64,000 nt of DNA, taken from assembly GCA_046482545.1 (NCBI GenBank), contig JAWOEX010000022.1:62613-126612 (forward strand), given 5' to 3'. Origin of the DNA: Candidatus Thorarchaeota archaeon. Its GTDB lineage: Archaea; Asgardarchaeota; Thorarchaeia; Thorarchaeales; Thorarchaeaceae. Below the pieces are notes generated by a model. It was not told the origin of the DNA, made no database searches, and was given only the letters and a program-made list of their open reading frames with translations. The position numbers and the translations under genes are program-made. Shown here in pieces: positions 52,121 to 61,620 of the stretch (positions are counted from its first letter, which is position 1; the number at the start of each line of letters is the position of its first letter).

Positions 52121-53266
52121 TTGCTTTTGAAAAAAGGCATTCTATGGCTCATATTGCTTTCCTCCACCTTGACAGTAATGGCTGGATCTATCATTGGGCC
52201 TGTGGTCCGAAATATCAGGATTGATTTGGGTATAGACCCCTCTTCTGCAGGTTTGATAATCACAATGCACGGGATTTTCGTATTCCTGCTAAGTCCCTTG
52301 GCAGGCATCCTGATAGACAAAATCGGGTTCAAGCTTCCCTATGTATTCGGCCTGGTACTCTATGGAATGGCAGGGGGCTCCGGCCTGTTTCTTGATTCCT
52401 ATCCCCTTCTCCTTGTCAGCAGAGCTTTTCTCGGTGTGGGGGTGGCCCTGATATTCACATCTGTTACCGTGATAATCCTCAATCTCTACAAAGGAAGCGG
52501 CAAAAACAAAGTCATGGGGTTTAGAGAAAGTGCCAACGGCCTTGGCTCAGTCGTGTGGCCCCTGATTGGCGGTGCTCTCGGTACAATCTCATGGCATATG
52601 CCTTTTGGCGTGTACCTGCTGGCCATCCCATTAGGAATACTATCTCTTGCTTATATGCCCAACATTGAACGTGCTACCACTGGGAGAGAAGGATCTGTGT
52701 TCTCAATCTTCCAGGAGAATATTGTTCTGATTGGAATCTACGCCTTCATGCTCCTAGTCCACCTGCTCCTCTACATGAATGTGATTTATCTTCCTGAGAT
52801 TATCAAGGAACTGGGTATCACCAGCTCTTTTCAAGTCAGTTTGTTCCTCGCCGTTATGGGCCTTGCTGGTGGGACAACAGCCACCCAATATAATTGGGTG
52901 AGAGAAAGAGTATCCTATCACAACATGGTTCCTGTCATCTTCTTGCTGTGGATCGTTGGTTTCAGTTTCGCTTCTTTTGGGTCTTCTATTTGGACTTACA
53001 TTCTGTCTGTAATCCTGTTTGGGATAGGACAAGGTTTGGCCTTTCCTACTATCATGCTCTGGGTGGGTGATCTGGTTCCCTCGTCTTTCCATGGGGCATT
53101 TAGCTCTTACCTTTCGACATTCGGTTATCTTGGCCAATTCCTATCGCCGATAGTCTTTGCTCCTGTGGTCATTTGGCTGGGTGTGGATCAAGTCTACATC
53201 ACGGCTCTCCTCATTGCTCTCGGAGGCCTTACGCTCTCACTGCTCTCTTTGTACAAACGAGAGTAA
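52121..53266 (+). CDS. MFS transporter
   Basis: About 12 TM helices, G.LIDKIG motif A, SRAFLGVG. Confidence 0.9.
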   Translation: MLLKKGILWLILLSSTLTVMAGSIIGPVVRNIRIDLGIDPSSAGLIITMHGIFVFLLSPLAGILIDKIGFKLPYVFGLVLYGMAGGSGLFLDSYPLLLVSRAFLGVGVALIFTSVTVIILNLYKGSGKNKVMGFRESANGLGSVVWPLIGGALGTISWHMPFGVYLLAIPLGILSLAYMPNIERATTGREGSVFSIFQENIVLIGIYAFMLLVHLLLYMNVIYLPEIIKELGITSSFQVSLFLAVMGLAGGTTATQYNWVRERVSYHNMVPVIFLLWIVGFSFASFGSSIWTYILSVILFGIGQGLAFPTIMLWVGDLVPSSFHGAFSSYLSTFGYLGQFLSPIVFAPVVIWLGVDQVYITALLIALGGLTLSLLSLYKRE

Positions 53267-53279
53267 GTGAAAGAAACTG

Positions 53280-53491
53280 ACCAAGACCTAGTTCTCCAAT
53301 TGTGGCGTACAGAATCACGAATCGGCGGTTGCCATCCCCATCCTTGTTGTATCGGAATCTCCCTGATTACCACATGGCAAAAGCTTCGCCAGTGGCTCAT
53401 CACCAACGTTTCCCTGGCTATCCCCTTCGTAGGTGGCGTCTATGACCAAGTCTGCGTCCTCCAACTCGTCGAAGCCGAATCTCCGCCCCAT
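53280..53491 (-). pseudogene. AspBHI/MspJI-like modification-dependent restriction enzyme N-terminal fragment, copy 1
   Basis: MGRRFGFDELEDADLVIDATYEG...DEPLAKLLPCGNQG, then a 1-nt frameshift into (G)FRY; truncated. Confidence 0.65.
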
Positions 53492-53583
53492 CCTTGTTAT
53501 ATTCCTTTGGTACTGATTCTTCTACATTCTAAGCATAAAGGGGTTCATTTGTTTTTCCTTCTTGGGTTCTACTGAAATGCGTG

Positions 53584-53634
53584 ATAGCGGTCTTCCACTG
53601 AACTGTCACTGGGATTCACTGATGGCAGTAGGGG
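53584..53634. repeat. TTCCACTG...CAGT(G/A)G hairpin, same family as the 61.7-62.1 kb array
   Basis: Minus strand TTCAGTGGAAGACCGCTAT versus TTCAGTGGAAGGCCGCTAT at 62071. Confidence 0.6.
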
Positions 53635-53849
53635 CCCGAACCACCGCAGGCTTTTGAACTTCTCATACTGCGCAATGTGTCAGCAAATCAAGCCTCGTGT
53701 TCTTTGAGCCTGACTAAGAAAGGTCGTCTTAGCCCTTATTCGGCTCTTGCTGGCTGCGAGTGCATGATAGGAGCCTTCCTAAAGGGGGAATATTTCGGAT
53801 ATGCTGTGGTTTAAGAAAGCGTAGTTCTTTTTTGGATTTGAATTACTGA

Positions 53850-54833
53850 GTGAATTCTGGAGGGCTAAAATTGCTTGGTTATGAGGAGCTAAAGGAAAAC
53901 ATTGAACGCACTGATACAACAGTTGAATGTCCAGTTAAGGGATGCAGTGAAAGAGTGGTAAGACAAAGAGATACCTTTAGGAAAAAGAAAAGATTCCAGT
54001 GTTCAATACATAAAATCTACATTTCCCCATCAACCTTTGAATATCCAAGTGAACTAGATAACCTTCTTTGGAAAACTGACGAAGATTTAGAACTACTCAA
54101 TAGAATAAGTCAGGAGAAACGAGAACGCCGAATGCCTCGAGAACGTAGTGAAGACGCTGTCAGTTGGAATGTCTTTAGATTTCTCGAAAAGAATAATCTT
54201 GTTGAGGGATTCTTGGCATCGATAGCCAGGAAATCACTGAAATCATCTGATGTAATCTATTGGTCATACAGCCAAAAGGAAGATTCAGACTGGTCACTCC
54301 TGAACAGAGCAAGAAGGGAGTTTGGAGAGAGATTATCCAGGAGTTCAGAGCCAGATATCATCATTGTGACCGAGAATTCACTCTTCTTCATTGAAACTAA
54401 GCTAACTGCTAGAAATAGGACAGTTCCCAGTAATCCCCGGGCTTACAAGAAATATGAAACTGGTGGCAACAATTGGTTTTCAAATGTGTTTGAATCAGAC
54501 TACAAGACAGTCGCGATAGTTGAGAAGAAGTACGAACTATTGCGTTTCTGGTTACTTGGAACATGGATAGCAGAACAGATGGATGTGGATTTCTATCTCG
54601 CCAATCTGGTGAGATCTGGACGAGAACGAACTATTGAATCGATCTTCAAGAAGCATATCAAAGAAAATCAACAAAGACAATTTCTGCGAGCAACATGGGA
54701 GTCTATCTACGATTATATATCGAAGAGCGGTCAATCTAAGGATAAAGAGAAAATGCTGAGATACTTCAGGAACAAAACCGTTGGTTATGATCATAATGGG
54801 AAGTTACAGAAGGCATTCACAATAACCAGATAA
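53850..54833 (+). CDS. PD-(D/E)xK restriction-like nuclease with N-terminal Zn ribbon
   Basis: CPVKGC...CSIH; SEDAVSWNVF; SEPDIII...FIETKL. Confidence 0.75.
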   Translation: MNSGGLKLLGYEELKENIERTDTTVECPVKGCSERVVRQRDTFRKKKRFQCSIHKIYISPSTFEYPSELDNLLWKTDEDLELLNRISQEKRERRMPRERSEDAVSWNVFRFLEKNNLVEGFLASIARKSLKSSDVIYWSYSQKEDSDWSLLNRARREFGERLSRSSEPDIIIVTENSLFFIETKLTARNRTVPSNPRAYKKYETGGNNWFSNVFESDYKTVAIVEKKYELLRFWLLGTWIAEQMDVDFYLANLVRSGRERTIESIFKKHIKENQQRQFLRATWESIYDYISKSGQSKDKEKMLRYFRNKTVGYDHNGKLQKAFTITR

Positions 54834-54930
54834 AGCACAATCATTCTCATCCCTTGCTATCTATAATTCTATACCATCTTTGGAAAGTAGAAGATTCAGC
54901 CCTTCTAATGAGAATTCGTTGTATGCCTTG

Positions 54931-57900
54931 TCATATCCCTAATTCATCAAGAAGTCTGCCTAGTTTTTCAAGGTACTCTTCTATGTTTACGATTTCGAAT
55001 TCGGAGACATCACCATAATCTATATCCTCCTCAATTCCTTCCATGAATGACTGTCGATGTGTATCTTTGCTAACTGTATAGCTGTAAGTGTAGAACGTTC
55101 TCTTATCACCCTGAGCTCTTCGAACTGTCTCCGTGAATGTCTCTCCGTTCCTCGAAACCAGTAGTTCTACCTTGATTTTATCATCTGTGAATCCCAACGC
55201 TTTCAGATATCTTCGCAGTCTCGCTCTAAGAAGTTCAGGTTCTTCAATTTCTGTCAAAGGTATTTCTGTAGTAATACTGTCCAGTATTCTTTCTACTTCA
55301 TCAGAAAGGTGGTTGGTGTAGTCAAGCTCGATTGTATATGAGGTGTTTTTCCATTTCTCTCCGGTGAGGTTTGAATGTGCACTCCAAGCCGGGTAGGCTT
55401 CCAGGAGAGAGAATTCAATATTCCACTTATGGTGCGCTGAGCGAAGATATGTTCCGGGCAGCAGCGTTCGTGATCTATAACCTGACTGTGCCAGCACTTT
55501 CGCAATAAGTGGGCTTTCTCTGAGAACCATCTGGGGGTACTTCTGTAGCGAGCCCTTAACCTCCAGTTCTAAGGGATATTGATTCTCACCAACAATCATT
55601 TTCTTTGGCCCGAGCGTTAGGAGTATCTGCCGATCATTCAGTGCCCCATCAAGAATATCTTGGAGGGGTTTGTTTGCATTATCTGAATCAATACGCCAGC
55701 AATGTCCATGATTATGCCCATTCCCTTGTGCGATTGGACACAGCTCTTGGTCATGTTCTATCGTTACTGTTACAGGACTGTTATCAGGCAGCGAAGTCAG
55801 CATCGAGAGTGTTGCTGGCAAACGGATAGAGGAGTCCATCGGGATATAGGTCTCAGCAACTATAGCCGCAAGGGATAGTTCTCCATAGTCGATGTCTGTG
55901 AACCTGTTCCAGAATAACGCATGCTCAGCATCAATCTTGACAGGTAGCCCATGCCGTGACAGTCTGAGCGTATTTGTGAGAGCGGCAGTTGATGTATGAT
56001 CTACAGAAGCCACAACTTCATCGGAGTCGAGAAAGCTGACAGTACATACATCATCATCCCAATTAAGGCGAAGCTGTACATCAGAGCACTGCTCCACCAT
56101 GCTAAGCAACGTCCCAAAGGCAATAGAAACATCTTCAGAGAAACCATCCGGAATAACGTCGCCTTCAGGTATGGATGGTTTCGACACTTCCGCGGATTCT
56201 ATTCTCAGACCCCGAAGCACTCCCATCAGTCCAACTTGGCCCCCTCGAATGAAATCGACTATTCCCAGATACTGCCAATTAGCGCCTTCATAATCACTTT
56301 GCCAACCATGAGTGCATTCATTGATGCTTCTGAAAACCAAGTTTCTTCTAGGCGCATTATTGACCATCTCGTGCAGAGTCTCAACATAACTAGATACATC
56401 AGTCAACGCCCATAAGTCGGGGCTACTGGCCATTCTGTGTCGGATACGAAATACCCCTACAAGTAGCCGGGATGGCTTTCGGGGATCATTCACCGCAATT
56501 AGAGAATAGGGGGTGTCAGGGGTCGTTGGTTCTAACACTTGACCGAATAGCACTTTTTCTTCATCTTCCGCTGTTCTTGGGCTTGCGGATTCATCTGACA
56601 TACGTTCTTCCGTCTTGGTGCTTTGTGTGCTTCGATACATTCTTTGTGCATTGATGCGCTTCGTAGTCATTTCAACATACGATTGGCCGTTTCTTGAAGG
56701 TGGACACCTGAACTTGAATCGATCAAGCAATGATAAACGAGACCTGCTCATATACGGTACATCTCGTGAGATTATCGAGAAATCTGAGCTTCGTCCAGAG
56801 TTTTCTTCGTTGATACTGTTCAGGACTTCACCCACTAGTTGTTTCTTCCCTTTAAATGGCAGAATAGTACGTGGCCAAAGATCTGCTAACCACGGCAATA
56901 GCGTGAGAGCTAATGTTTTCATCCTCTTTCGCATGTCTAAATCAGGAACAGCTTCTTGTGCAGATGAGGACGGCTCAATCGTGCCTTTGTCGTACTCCTC
57001 AGTTCTGAACTTCGCGGACCACCTAAGCAGAGGAGGAATATGTGTCAAATTGATACCAAAGCCGGCTGAATTCTGGTTGATGATGATTCTGATATCATCA
57101 TACATGGGGGCTTTAGCAATATTCCGCAGACCCCAGCACTTGGGGTCAAGGGCCATTCGTGGAGCACATGGAAGATTCCAAACAATATCCGTGATTGCTC
57201 CTTTCAGTAGTGAATCATCATAGAAAGGGAGGATACAATTAGTGGAGTAGGGTACAGCCCTTTGAGCATAGGTGACTGCAGAAGTGAACCAGAGAATAGT
57301 TGTATTCTCTTCGTCCGGAATCCTCTTGAGGATGCGTGAAAGCAACAAGTCAAGCCGCTTACGATAGACAGAGGGTGTCGCTTCCCTGAGCCCGTTCCAT
57401 CCGCTAACAACTACCAAGCGTGGAGTCGACCTGTCTCTATCGATAGGGATTTCAATCTCGCTTGGTTGAGCACCCTCAAAAATGGCTCTATGAACTGTTT
57501 TGAATAGGCCTTCGAAGTTTATCTTCTTAATTGTGTCTTGAATGGTTTCCTGCTGGTCGAAGTATTCATCATGACACCTGACTCTAAGACGCCGCTTTGC
57601 AAATGGTGAAGATGTGAAAGAATCGATGAGATCCAACCATACGATTTCCGTTTCGGGTCTATCTTCACACAGCTGGTGGATGACTTTCATCCCATGGTAG
57701 TAACTAGCGATTCTAGCCGCCGATTTTCCCGATGATGTGGGAGAACGTGATGATACGTACAATATGAATCTTCGACTATTGAATTCAGAACCATACAGTG
57801 GGTCGTATGGTGGTTGCCATTCCTGAGGAATCGGTGTTCCTTCGTATCCAATTGCTCCAGATTGTTCATGCACCACAAGACCCATGCGTGGAATGTGATG

Positions 57901-59532
57901 CTCACTCTTCGCTTCGAAGATTTTGCGTTCCACTCCTCTATGGGTTTCGAGAAGTGTTTCTAACGACTCAAGAATCAGCGGTTTCACCATAGCTCGGGTG
58001 TTGGCACTATCGACAGATGGATCGATAATCAACGTAGCTTGTACAACATCAGGCGGATCTTCCAAGCAAGCGGCCTTTCCGAATGCCTTACTTAGTGCTT
58101 TCGCATATACATTCAATTGACCTTTGGTCTGATTGCTTGGTGTGGCTTCACTAATCCGTTTCCATTCGCTATTGCCCAAAGGACGAGTCTTGATACTGAA
58201 CGTGGGGACAGTACGAAGAACCTGTCCACGTCTTTCTCGTGAATTGGAAGGGCGCGTTTCACTGCCAAGATACCAATTGAATCCTGAATGTGTCTTAATC
58301 TCGATGACCATTAGAGGCCGCCAGAGACACCGAAGACCGGTGGGAGCGGCCTCCCGACGAAACACCACAATATCTGCTCGCCCTCTCCCCTTATCTGTGT
58401 TCAGGGGTAATTCAGCTACGATCCTGTATGGTTCATCAGCCTGGTCTCGGTCATCTTCGTAAATTGCCCTTGTCACACGATAGAACTTGTCGAAAAGGCT
58501 AGTGATTCTGTCATGGATGATCGAGCCGATCCTCTTTGCTCGGTCGCTGGCCTTCTCCCAGATATGCTGTACATCAGCTGCAGTCAGACATGGAGCTGGG
58601 TTACCCTCTTCGTCTTTCTCCACTTGGGAGCCGCCCTCCATAATCCGTTCAAGTTCATTGGTGGCAGCATTCAACACCCCCGCTTCTCTGGCTTCTTCGA
58701 GCTGTTGTTTGAAGAAGGTCATTGAGAAGGTAGGCTCGGGAGCAGTGAAATGAGATGAGACGGTTTGTTCTTCGCCAGACCGTACGTGGAAATGTTTCCG
58801 GATATCCGCCTTGATTTCGCTCAGGACCTTGACTGTACCATTCCTGAATCCTTGCTTACCGTATGCGTGCTCAGTGTACATGCGATCAAGATATGGGCGT
58901 GCATGCAATAGAAACAGATTGCTATATCTGCGAGTGTCTCTGACCGGGACATCGTGGATGTAGCACTCAGTATTCAAGACTTGCATGTGCATCCGGCATG
59001 CGTCTACGAAGTCGAGCTCAGGAAGCATCTTATGGACAGGCTTGTAGCATGGAGTTCTCGAATCACCAGGGTATCCGTAACCGGATAGCTCGCCTTCTTC
59101 ATCAACGAAATCCTGCGCTTTGCCCGTCGGATAGTCCAGCACGCCGCACTCTCGCAAGGCCGCTCCCCCTGCATTCAACCTCTGATTCCACGGACCCACA
59201 TCTTCGTACCAGCGCTTGGCGCGCACCGTCTCTGTACAACCATAGGCTGCTGCGCGTTCAGCCAAAATAGCAAGCCCGTTCTTGCCGATGTTATGTTCTG
59301 CCTTCAGTACCCAGTCGAAATCAGGCCGACCCAGTGCATTGGATAGGTAGTAGGCTTCCTTGTACCTGGATAGGATGTCGCGGGAGCTTTCGTAGAGGTG
59401 TGTGCCGTTGCTGTTTGCAACCGCTCGTTGCAGGTACACCGCTGTGGACAGGCCCGTTTTTCTCGCTTCCACCAGCACTCGGTTTGGATGCTTGGGTAAT
59501 GGCTTGCTTTTTGGCCCCCGCGTTCCTGTCAA
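54931..59532 (-). CDS. 1533-aa multidomain protein with RecB/Cas4-like PD-(D/E)xK nuclease and degenerate P-loop
   Basis: GSIIH, AELPL, GRADIV, IEIKT, QLNVY; SPTSSGKS. Confidence 0.7.
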   Translation of the reverse strand: MTGTRGPKSKPLPKHPNRVLVEARKTGLSTAVYLQRAVANSNGTHLYESSRDILSRYKEAYYLSNALGRPDFDWVLKAEHNIGKNGLAILAERAAAYGCTETVRAKRWYEDVGPWNQRLNAGGAALRECGVLDYPTGKAQDFVDEEGELSGYGYPGDSRTPCYKPVHKMLPELDFVDACRMHMQVLNTECYIHDVPVRDTRRYSNLFLLHARPYLDRMYTEHAYGKQGFRNGTVKVLSEIKADIRKHFHVRSGEEQTVSSHFTAPEPTFSMTFFKQQLEEAREAGVLNAATNELERIMEGGSQVEKDEEGNPAPCLTAADVQHIWEKASDRAKRIGSIIHDRITSLFDKFYRVTRAIYEDDRDQADEPYRIVAELPLNTDKGRGRADIVVFRREAAPTGLRCLWRPLMVIEIKTHSGFNWYLGSETRPSNSRERRGQVLRTVPTFSIKTRPLGNSEWKRISEATPSNQTKGQLNVYAKALSKAFGKAACLEDPPDVVQATLIIDPSVDSANTRAMVKPLILESLETLLETHRGVERKIFEAKSEHHIPRMGLVVHEQSGAIGYEGTPIPQEWQPPYDPLYGSEFNSRRFILYVSSRSPTSSGKSAARIASYYHGMKVIHQLCEDRPETEIVWLDLIDSFTSSPFAKRRLRVRCHDEYFDQQETIQDTIKKINFEGLFKTVHRAIFEGAQPSEIEIPIDRDRSTPRLVVVSGWNGLREATPSVYRKRLDLLLSRILKRIPDEENTTILWFTSAVTYAQRAVPYSTNCILPFYDDSLLKGAITDIVWNLPCAPRMALDPKCWGLRNIAKAPMYDDIRIIINQNSAGFGINLTHIPPLLRWSAKFRTEEYDKGTIEPSSSAQEAVPDLDMRKRMKTLALTLLPWLADLWPRTILPFKGKKQLVGEVLNSINEENSGRSSDFSIISRDVPYMSRSRLSLLDRFKFRCPPSRNGQSYVEMTTKRINAQRMYRSTQSTKTEERMSDESASPRTAEDEEKVLFGQVLEPTTPDTPYSLIAVNDPRKPSRLLVGVFRIRHRMASSPDLWALTDVSSYVETLHEMVNNAPRRNLVFRSINECTHGWQSDYEGANWQYLGIVDFIRGGQVGLMGVLRGLRIESAEVSKPSIPEGDVIPDGFSEDVSIAFGTLLSMVEQCSDVQLRLNWDDDVCTVSFLDSDEVVASVDHTSTAALTNTLRLSRHGLPVKIDAEHALFWNRFTDIDYGELSLAAIVAETYIPMDSSIRLPATLSMLTSLPDNSPVTVTIEHDQELCPIAQGNGHNHGHCWRIDSDNANKPLQDILDGALNDRQILLTLGPKKMIVGENQYPLELEVKGSLQKYPQMVLRESPLIAKVLAQSGYRSRTLLPGTYLRSAHHKWNIEFSLLEAYPAWSAHSNLTGEKWKNTSYTIELDYTNHLSDEVERILDSITTEIPLTEIEEPELLRARLRRYLKALGFTDDKIKVELLVSRNGETFTETVRRAQGDKRTFYTYSYTVSKDTHRQSFMEGIEEDIDYGDVSEFEIVNIEEYLEKLGRLLDELGI

Positions 59533-59674
59533 TCGTTCACGCCCTCTGGATTCCTAAAACCGTGTACTCTAATGTGACCATATCAAACTACTATTTGTGC
59601 TTTTCTGTTGCATCTTTATTGGTTTAGAAGTGTTCTAGGCTAATTCAATTAATCGTTTGATAAAATTGCTTCAT

Positions 59675-59784
59675 GACTTTAAATAACCGAACCAGTACTC
59701 TGGTATGAGTTCATTACCTCGGGTCTAAACGAAGAGGCGAGTGAACTCTACTGACCGGCATAGGTCAGGACTTTAAATACCGAA
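59675..59784 (+). promoter_or_regulatory. Tandem TATA-containing direct repeats flanking two hairpins (candidate left end or small RNA)
   Basis: GACTTTAAATA(A)CCGAA at 59675 and 59769; hairpins at 59707-59748 and 59751-59768. Confidence 0.55.
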
Positions 59785-59794
59785 GGCGTTTCCC

Positions 59795-61477
59795 ATGGAA
59801 AGCTCTGATTCCCCGGTGATTACGGTCAAAATCCCTATAGCGTGGGAAGAAATGACTAGCAACAGTCGCAAGCGGCTGGAGCAGATCACGGGGAGGGATT
59901 CTCGAGTGATTCATGCTTTTTTTGGTGTGATTGAAGAACACGAAGAAGATTTGCTGAGGGGGAAAGCGAAGAATCGGATAGATGAGAACAAGTTGCATGC
60001 GATGACCATGACTGCACTGAGGGTGTTTGATGGTCAAGAACCCAGACTGGATGTCCCACATGATTTCAAAGAACAATTTCCTCGTATATCGGCTAACGAG
60101 CTGTCGGAATGTCGGCGTGTGGCTGTTGCCAACTACGAGAGCTATCTGGCCCTGCGAGCAAAGAAGTGGAGAAAAGCTTCGCGTCCTGCCGAGACCAACA
60201 GCGAGAGACGCATACCTCGACGGATATTCATGCCGTACAGGGCCAAGCTGATGGAACATGACACAACAATCTCCCGTTTGTGGCTGGACATTCGCGATTC
60301 TCTTGATTCAGTACCTGAAGAACGACGTGTACATGACAGGCTCCGTATTCCTCTAAAGACCTCGCCGTTCCATCTGGAAGAGCTGGGGCGAGGAAAGCCA
60401 AAGAGCGCGCAGCTATTCACCGACCGGCATGGCAAGTGGTGGACTGCTATCGCTGTCCGTCTTACTGAAGTTGAAACGAGAGACGATGCTGACTTGCCGC
60501 CTGCTGTTCTTGGAATCGATTTAGGTATCAACTGTGCGGCTTGTACAACTTTGCTTACCGAGCACAAGGTATCGAAGACCCGCTATTTCAAGCAGGATGA
60601 AAAGTATCAGGCGTTTCTACGGTATGACAGACGCGTGGCGGATCTTCAGCACGACCTAGATACGAGAAGAAGCAATGGAAAGAACTGCGATGGGTTGATT
60701 CGCTGTCTCAAGGAGCTCAAAACCAAACGAGAAGACTGTGCCAAGATGCATGACAAGTTCCTGGTAAGCAAGTTGCTCTCGTATATCGAGGAACTAGGCG
60801 AGCAGTATCAGCTGTATATCGGCATCGGGAGGCTCAAGGGCATCCGCAACTCAGCCCGCAAGGGCAATTACAAAGGTTCTAGGTTCAGGGGTATGGTGCA
60901 CAGGTGGAGCTTCTCGCGCATCACGAAATCGCTTCGGCACGGGCTGACCCAGCTCGGGTGGGAAGTGGAAGGCAAGGATAGCCGATTCCATGCGGTACCC
61001 GAGAACTGGACCTCAATCATGTGCTGGAAGTGTGGCAACAAGGGAGTACGGCCGAAACAGGCTTTGTTCGTGTGCCACACGTGCAGCTTCCGCACTAATG
61101 CCGATCGCAATGGCTCCCTGAATATCGCACGTCGTTTACTTACGCTCATTCCTTCACTTAAGGATGAGACTGGACTAGGGCGGTGGGCCACCCCCGAACG
61201 GGGGAACGGCTCAGCCCCGAAAGCTGTGAGGCGGACCCGTTCCGCTAAGCAGAAGTCCTCACTCTCCCGCAACGGCAACTCATCAGGCCGGGGAGAGTCC
61301 GCGGCTGTTCGCTTTGTCCAATTGGACCTGTCCAGCTTTGGTGACGAGGCTAGGCAGAGCGATGATGACCCCGCCGTGGCAAAAGCTGTGGAAAACCTCG
61401 CTGCCCCCAGGCGTGATGTGCCCGGGCGTGGGCAGGAGACAGAAGCCGAGACCGCAGGAGGGACCGTGTCCTCATGA
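59795..61477 (+). CDS. tnpB: TnpB/Cas12f-like RNA-guided endonuclease with rearranged RuvC
   Basis: RuvC-I GIDLG, IGIGRL with G at the canonical E position, VPENWTS alternative E, CWKC/CHTC Zn finger, NADRNGSLNIA. Confidence 0.9.
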   Translation: MESSDSPVITVKIPIAWEEMTSNSRKRLEQITGRDSRVIHAFFGVIEEHEEDLLRGKAKNRIDENKLHAMTMTALRVFDGQEPRLDVPHDFKEQFPRISANELSECRRVAVANYESYLALRAKKWRKASRPAETNSERRIPRRIFMPYRAKLMEHDTTISRLWLDIRDSLDSVPEERRVHDRLRIPLKTSPFHLEELGRGKPKSAQLFTDRHGKWWTAIAVRLTEVETRDDADLPPAVLGIDLGINCAACTTLLTEHKVSKTRYFKQDEKYQAFLRYDRRVADLQHDLDTRRSNGKNCDGLIRCLKELKTKREDCAKMHDKFLVSKLLSYIEELGEQYQLYIGIGRLKGIRNSARKGNYKGSRFRGMVHRWSFSRITKSLRHGLTQLGWEVEGKDSRFHAVPENWTSIMCWKCGNKGVRPKQALFVCHTCSFRTNADRNGSLNIARRLLTLIPSLKDETGLGRWATPERGNGSAPKAVRRTRSAKQKSSLSRNGNSSGRGESAAVRFVQLDLSSFGDEARQSDDDPAVAKAVENLAAPRRDVPGRGQETEAETAGGTVSS

Positions 61478-61620
61478 TAGCGGTCAAAGCCCGTGCTTGG
61501 CCGGGGGTGGCGCCTCGGTTTGGCGGTGACGCTGGGCAGGGGAAGGGTGGAACACAGAAGTCCGTGAAGTCGGTTCACTCACTTCAACGGGAATGGCAAC
61601 TAGTGGTAGAAACAATGGTG
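61301..61620 (+). ncRNA. Putative omegaRNA/reRNA scaffold and guide overlapping the tnpB 3' end
   Basis: GC-rich, conserved in two orphan copies, terminal hairpin GAAGT-CC-GTGAA-GTCGG-TTCAC-TC-ACTTC; expected position for TnpB guide RNAs. Confidence 0.6.

Noticed and set aside
53267-53575. 102-aa plus-strand ORF
   Set aside because: Antisense to the AspBHI-like pseudogene.
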